In this document: piece by piece, positions 34,153-35,952 of the stretch
Layout: each line of letters begins with the position of its first letter
Numbering within the stretch: position 1 is the first letter of the stretch
DNA from: Actinomycetota bacterium
GTDB taxonomy: Bacteria; Actinomycetota; Acidimicrobiia; Acidimicrobiales; Ilumatobacteraceae
DNA: 35,952 nt
NCBI GenBank assembly: GCA_041175765.1
Contig: JBEDEI010000085.1
Span: 1 to 35,952 of the forward strand
Direction: 5' to 3'
Position numbers and translations under genes: made by a program
The notes under the pieces: model-generated
Told to the model about the DNA's origin: nothing
The model's database searches: none
What the model saw: the letters and a program-made list of their open reading frames with translations, nothing else

Positions 34153-34659
34153 ATGGCACAACAGCGTCGGCACAGTGAGCACACAATGTCGGCGCAGCGA
34201 TTGTTGCGAACGCCCGTTGGCATTTTGCGAGTGACGGCCAACGAGCAGGGAATCACGGCCATTGAGCGCGTTTCGCGCGCGAGTACCGCACCACGCGCGA
34301 AGGCTTCAGCCCGAGCCACGAGACATGTCGACATGGCAGTACGTCAGTTGCGCGAGTACTTTGCCGGTACGCGACGCCATTTCACCGTTTCGCTGCACCT
34401 TGATGGAACGCCGTTTCAGCAGCAAGCCTGGGCGGAAATGCAAAAGATTGCCTACGGAGACACGATTTCATACGCACAACAAGCTGCACGTATGAAAAAG
34501 CCCCGTGCCGTGCGTGCAGTTGGAAGCGCCAACGGTGCCAACCCGATCCCCATCATCGTGCCGTGTCATCGTGTGGTGGCCAGCAACGGCGGCCTTGGGG
34601 GTTATGCGCTGGGGCTGACGATGAAACGTCGCCTGTTGGCGATTGAATCTGCTGTTTAG
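34153..34659 (+). CDS. ogt: Methylated-DNA-protein-cysteine methyltransferase (Ogt/MGMT)
   Basis: Active-site IIVPCHRVVASNGGLGGY (PCHRV). TPFQQQAWAEMQKIAYGDTISYAQ. An alternative start is the ATG at 34186. Confidence 0.9.
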   Translation: MAQQRRHSEHTMSAQRLLRTPVGILRVTANEQGITAIERVSRASTAPRAKASARATRHVDMAVRQLREYFAGTRRHFTVSLHLDGTPFQQQAWAEMQKIAYGDTISYAQQAARMKKPRAVRAVGSANGANPIPIIVPCHRVVASNGGLGGYALGLTMKRRLLAIESAV

Positions 34660-35381
34660 TGCGGCTGGGTAAAGCCGAAACACTCGCGAATATTGTCGTC
34701 GCTGAGCGCTTGTGCCGGTGGTCCGAATGCCACCACTCGTTGCGCCAGCAACATCACCGCAGTTGCTGTTTCGGCATCCTGCAAGTCGTGTGTTGCAACC
34801 ACGACGGTCACGCCACGAGCCCGCTCGGCGGCAATGATGTCGGCAACGGCGCGCTTGCCCGTGAGGTCGAGACCCGCCGTGGGTTCGTCAAGCAGGAGCA
34901 CTTCGGCTTGACGTGACAGCACCTGTGCCAAGTGCGTTCGTTGTTGTTGCCCACCCGACAACTGGCGCAGTGGCTGGTCGGCAAATCCCTCCGCGCCAGC
35001 ACGAGTAATGGCGTCACTCACGAGTTCGCGGTCGGTCGCCGACTCCCGACGAAAGAGCCCAAGGTGTGCATAACGTCCCATTGCCACCACATCACGTGCA
35101 CGCAGGGGCAATGTGTGCGACGACACAGGATGTTGGGGAAGATAGGCAACTCGCTTTGGTGCCGAGCCGGGCTCGCTTGCCAACACGCTCACGCTGCCGG
35201 ACAATGCGGGTAACAGCCCCGCCAACGTTTTCAGCAATGTGGACTTCCCTGAGCCGTTCGTACCGATGAGCGCAACAAGATCGCCAGTCATCACGTGCAT
35301 ATTCAGACCGCCCACGATCGTGTGGTGTGCGTAGCCAACAGCAAGTGAATCCGACTTGATCGTGCAACCGGGTGTATGCAT
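34656..35381 (-). CDS. Metal (Zn/Mn-type, ABC-3 family) ABC transporter ATP-binding protein
   Basis: Start at MHTPGCTIKSDSLAVGY (ATG 35381). Walker A GTNGSGKSTLLKTLAG. LSGGQQQRTHLAQVL. Walker B LLLDEPTAGLD. AYLPQ motif typical of ZnuC/MntA-like proteins. The 305-aa track ORF extends into the permease gene and is rejected. Confidence 0.85.
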   Translation of the reverse strand: MHTPGCTIKSDSLAVGYAHHTIVGGLNMHVMTGDLVALIGTNGSGKSTLLKTLAGLLPALSGSVSVLASEPGSAPKRVAYLPQHPVSSHTLPLRARDVVAMGRYAHLGLFRRESATDRELVSDAITRAGAEGFADQPLRQLSGGQQQRTHLAQVLSRQAEVLLLDEPTAGLDLTGKRAVADIIAAERARGVTVVVATHDLQDAETATAVMLLAQRVVAFGPPAQALSDDNIRECFGFTQPH

Positions 35382-35385
35382 GGCG

Positions 35386-35952
35386 CTAGTGGCGGTGCTC
35401 GTGTTGGTGGGGAATTTCGTCTTCTTTGCGTCGCGCAACGATGGATGACACCACTGCAGTAATACCAAAGAGCAGCACTGCGACGAACACGATGCTGCCG
35501 CCCGCTGCCAGGTCGTAGTGGTAGCTGGCCAGCAGACCCAAGTAACTTGCCGCGCTGCCGTATGCCGCAGCAATCAGCATCATGGTGGATACTCGACGGG
35601 CAAGAAGTGCACCAGCAGCGGCGGGTGCAATCAGCATGCCCAACACCAAGAGGGTGCCGACACTCTGAAAACTGGCGATGACGGTGATGGCAACCAGAAT
35701 CAGCATCAACGAGTGAAAGAACGGTACGGAAAAGCCCGAGGTCCGAGCCAAGCCGTCGTCAATCGACATGAGCACAAACGGCCGATGTGCGACGAAGGCG
35801 ACGCAAGCCACAACCACAAGAGCTGCGAACTGCCACAACAAATCTGCCGTGGTCACACCCAGTAGTTCGCCAAAAAGAATTCGAGTGATGTCCCCAACGA
35901 ATGTCGTCGAGCGTGATGTGATGATGACTCCGAGTGCGAGCATGCCGACGAA
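35386..35952 (-). CDS. Metal ABC transporter permease (ABC-3 family, ZnuB/MntB-like); 5' end outside the window; His-rich C-terminal tail
   Basis: The frame is open to the window edge. Polytopic sequence with ITRILFGELLGVTTADLL, typical of the family. Ends with EDEIPHQHEHRH. Confidence 0.75.
   Translation of the reverse strand, partial: FVGMLALGVIITSRSTTFVGDITRILFGELLGVTTADLLWQFAALVVVACVAFVAHRPFVLMSIDDGLARTSGFSVPFFHSLMLILVAITVIASFQSVGTLLVLGMLIAPAAAGALLARRVSTMMLIAAAYGSAASYLGLLASYHYDLAAGGSIVFVAVLLFGITAVVSSIVARRKEDEIPHQHEHRH

Noticed and set aside
1-35952. Looked for mobile elements, prophage or defence-island signatures, CRISPR repeats, tRNA/rRNA genes and abrupt composition shifts
   Set aside because: No integrase, transposase or recombinase-like ORF was found. 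There is no spaced repeat array. No intergenic gap is longer than about 115 nt, so none could hold a structured RNA gene with recognisable tRNA features. By eye, composition looks uniform except for the short AT-richer whiB/gdpD gap. The window reads as core chromosome rather than an accessory island.

Overview
GC-rich, tightly packed chromosomal segment. About 39 protein genes, many with 4-nt start/stop overlaps. I found no tRNA/rRNA, CRISPR array, transposase or integrase. Several genes are actinobacterial hallmarks: a WhiB1-like protein, DUF3107, a PdtaS-like kinase, the SCO1664/DUF3090/phosphomutase trio, paired ArsA/Get3-like ATPases and an FrhB (F420-type) homologue. From these I infer a member of the Actinomycetota, possibly a deep-branching one; this is not proven. 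Left to right: a 5'-truncated HelD-like helicase; a DtxR-family regulator plus lipoprotein, head-to-head with the large helicase Lhr; a TetR plus small membrane protein operon; a complete System I cytochrome c maturation operon (ccmABCDEFGH); a SixA-like phosphatase; a small sulfite-oxidase-family molybdoenzyme; a SufR-like regulator divergent from the Mrp/ApbC Fe-S carrier; DUF3107 and two ArsA-like ATPases; PdtaS-like kinase convergent with WhiB1-like; GdpD; DagK; EtfBA; the SCO1664/DUF3090/histidine-phosphatase trio; UdgB; an orphan FrhB-like Fe-S flavoprotein; an acyl-CoA dehydrogenase; a DUF805 / lipoprotein / atypical four-TM FtsH-like AAA+ metalloprotease module; Ogt; and part of a metal ABC importer. 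Most worth a second look: (1) the coupled DUF805-lipoprotein-atypical FtsH module, which has a perfect 18-bp coding tandem repeat and a large AAA-domain insertion; (2) a full Ccm System I in an actinobacterial context; (3) an Fe-S/NO-redox gene supercluster (SufR-like, Mrp, DUF3107, ArsA pair, PdtaS, WhiB1); (4) an ArsA-like gene whose P-loop lies upstream of any ATG/GTG/TTG; (5) the uncharacterised kinase-like/zinc-ribbon/phosphatase trio. All family calls come from motif recognition by eye. No database search was run.
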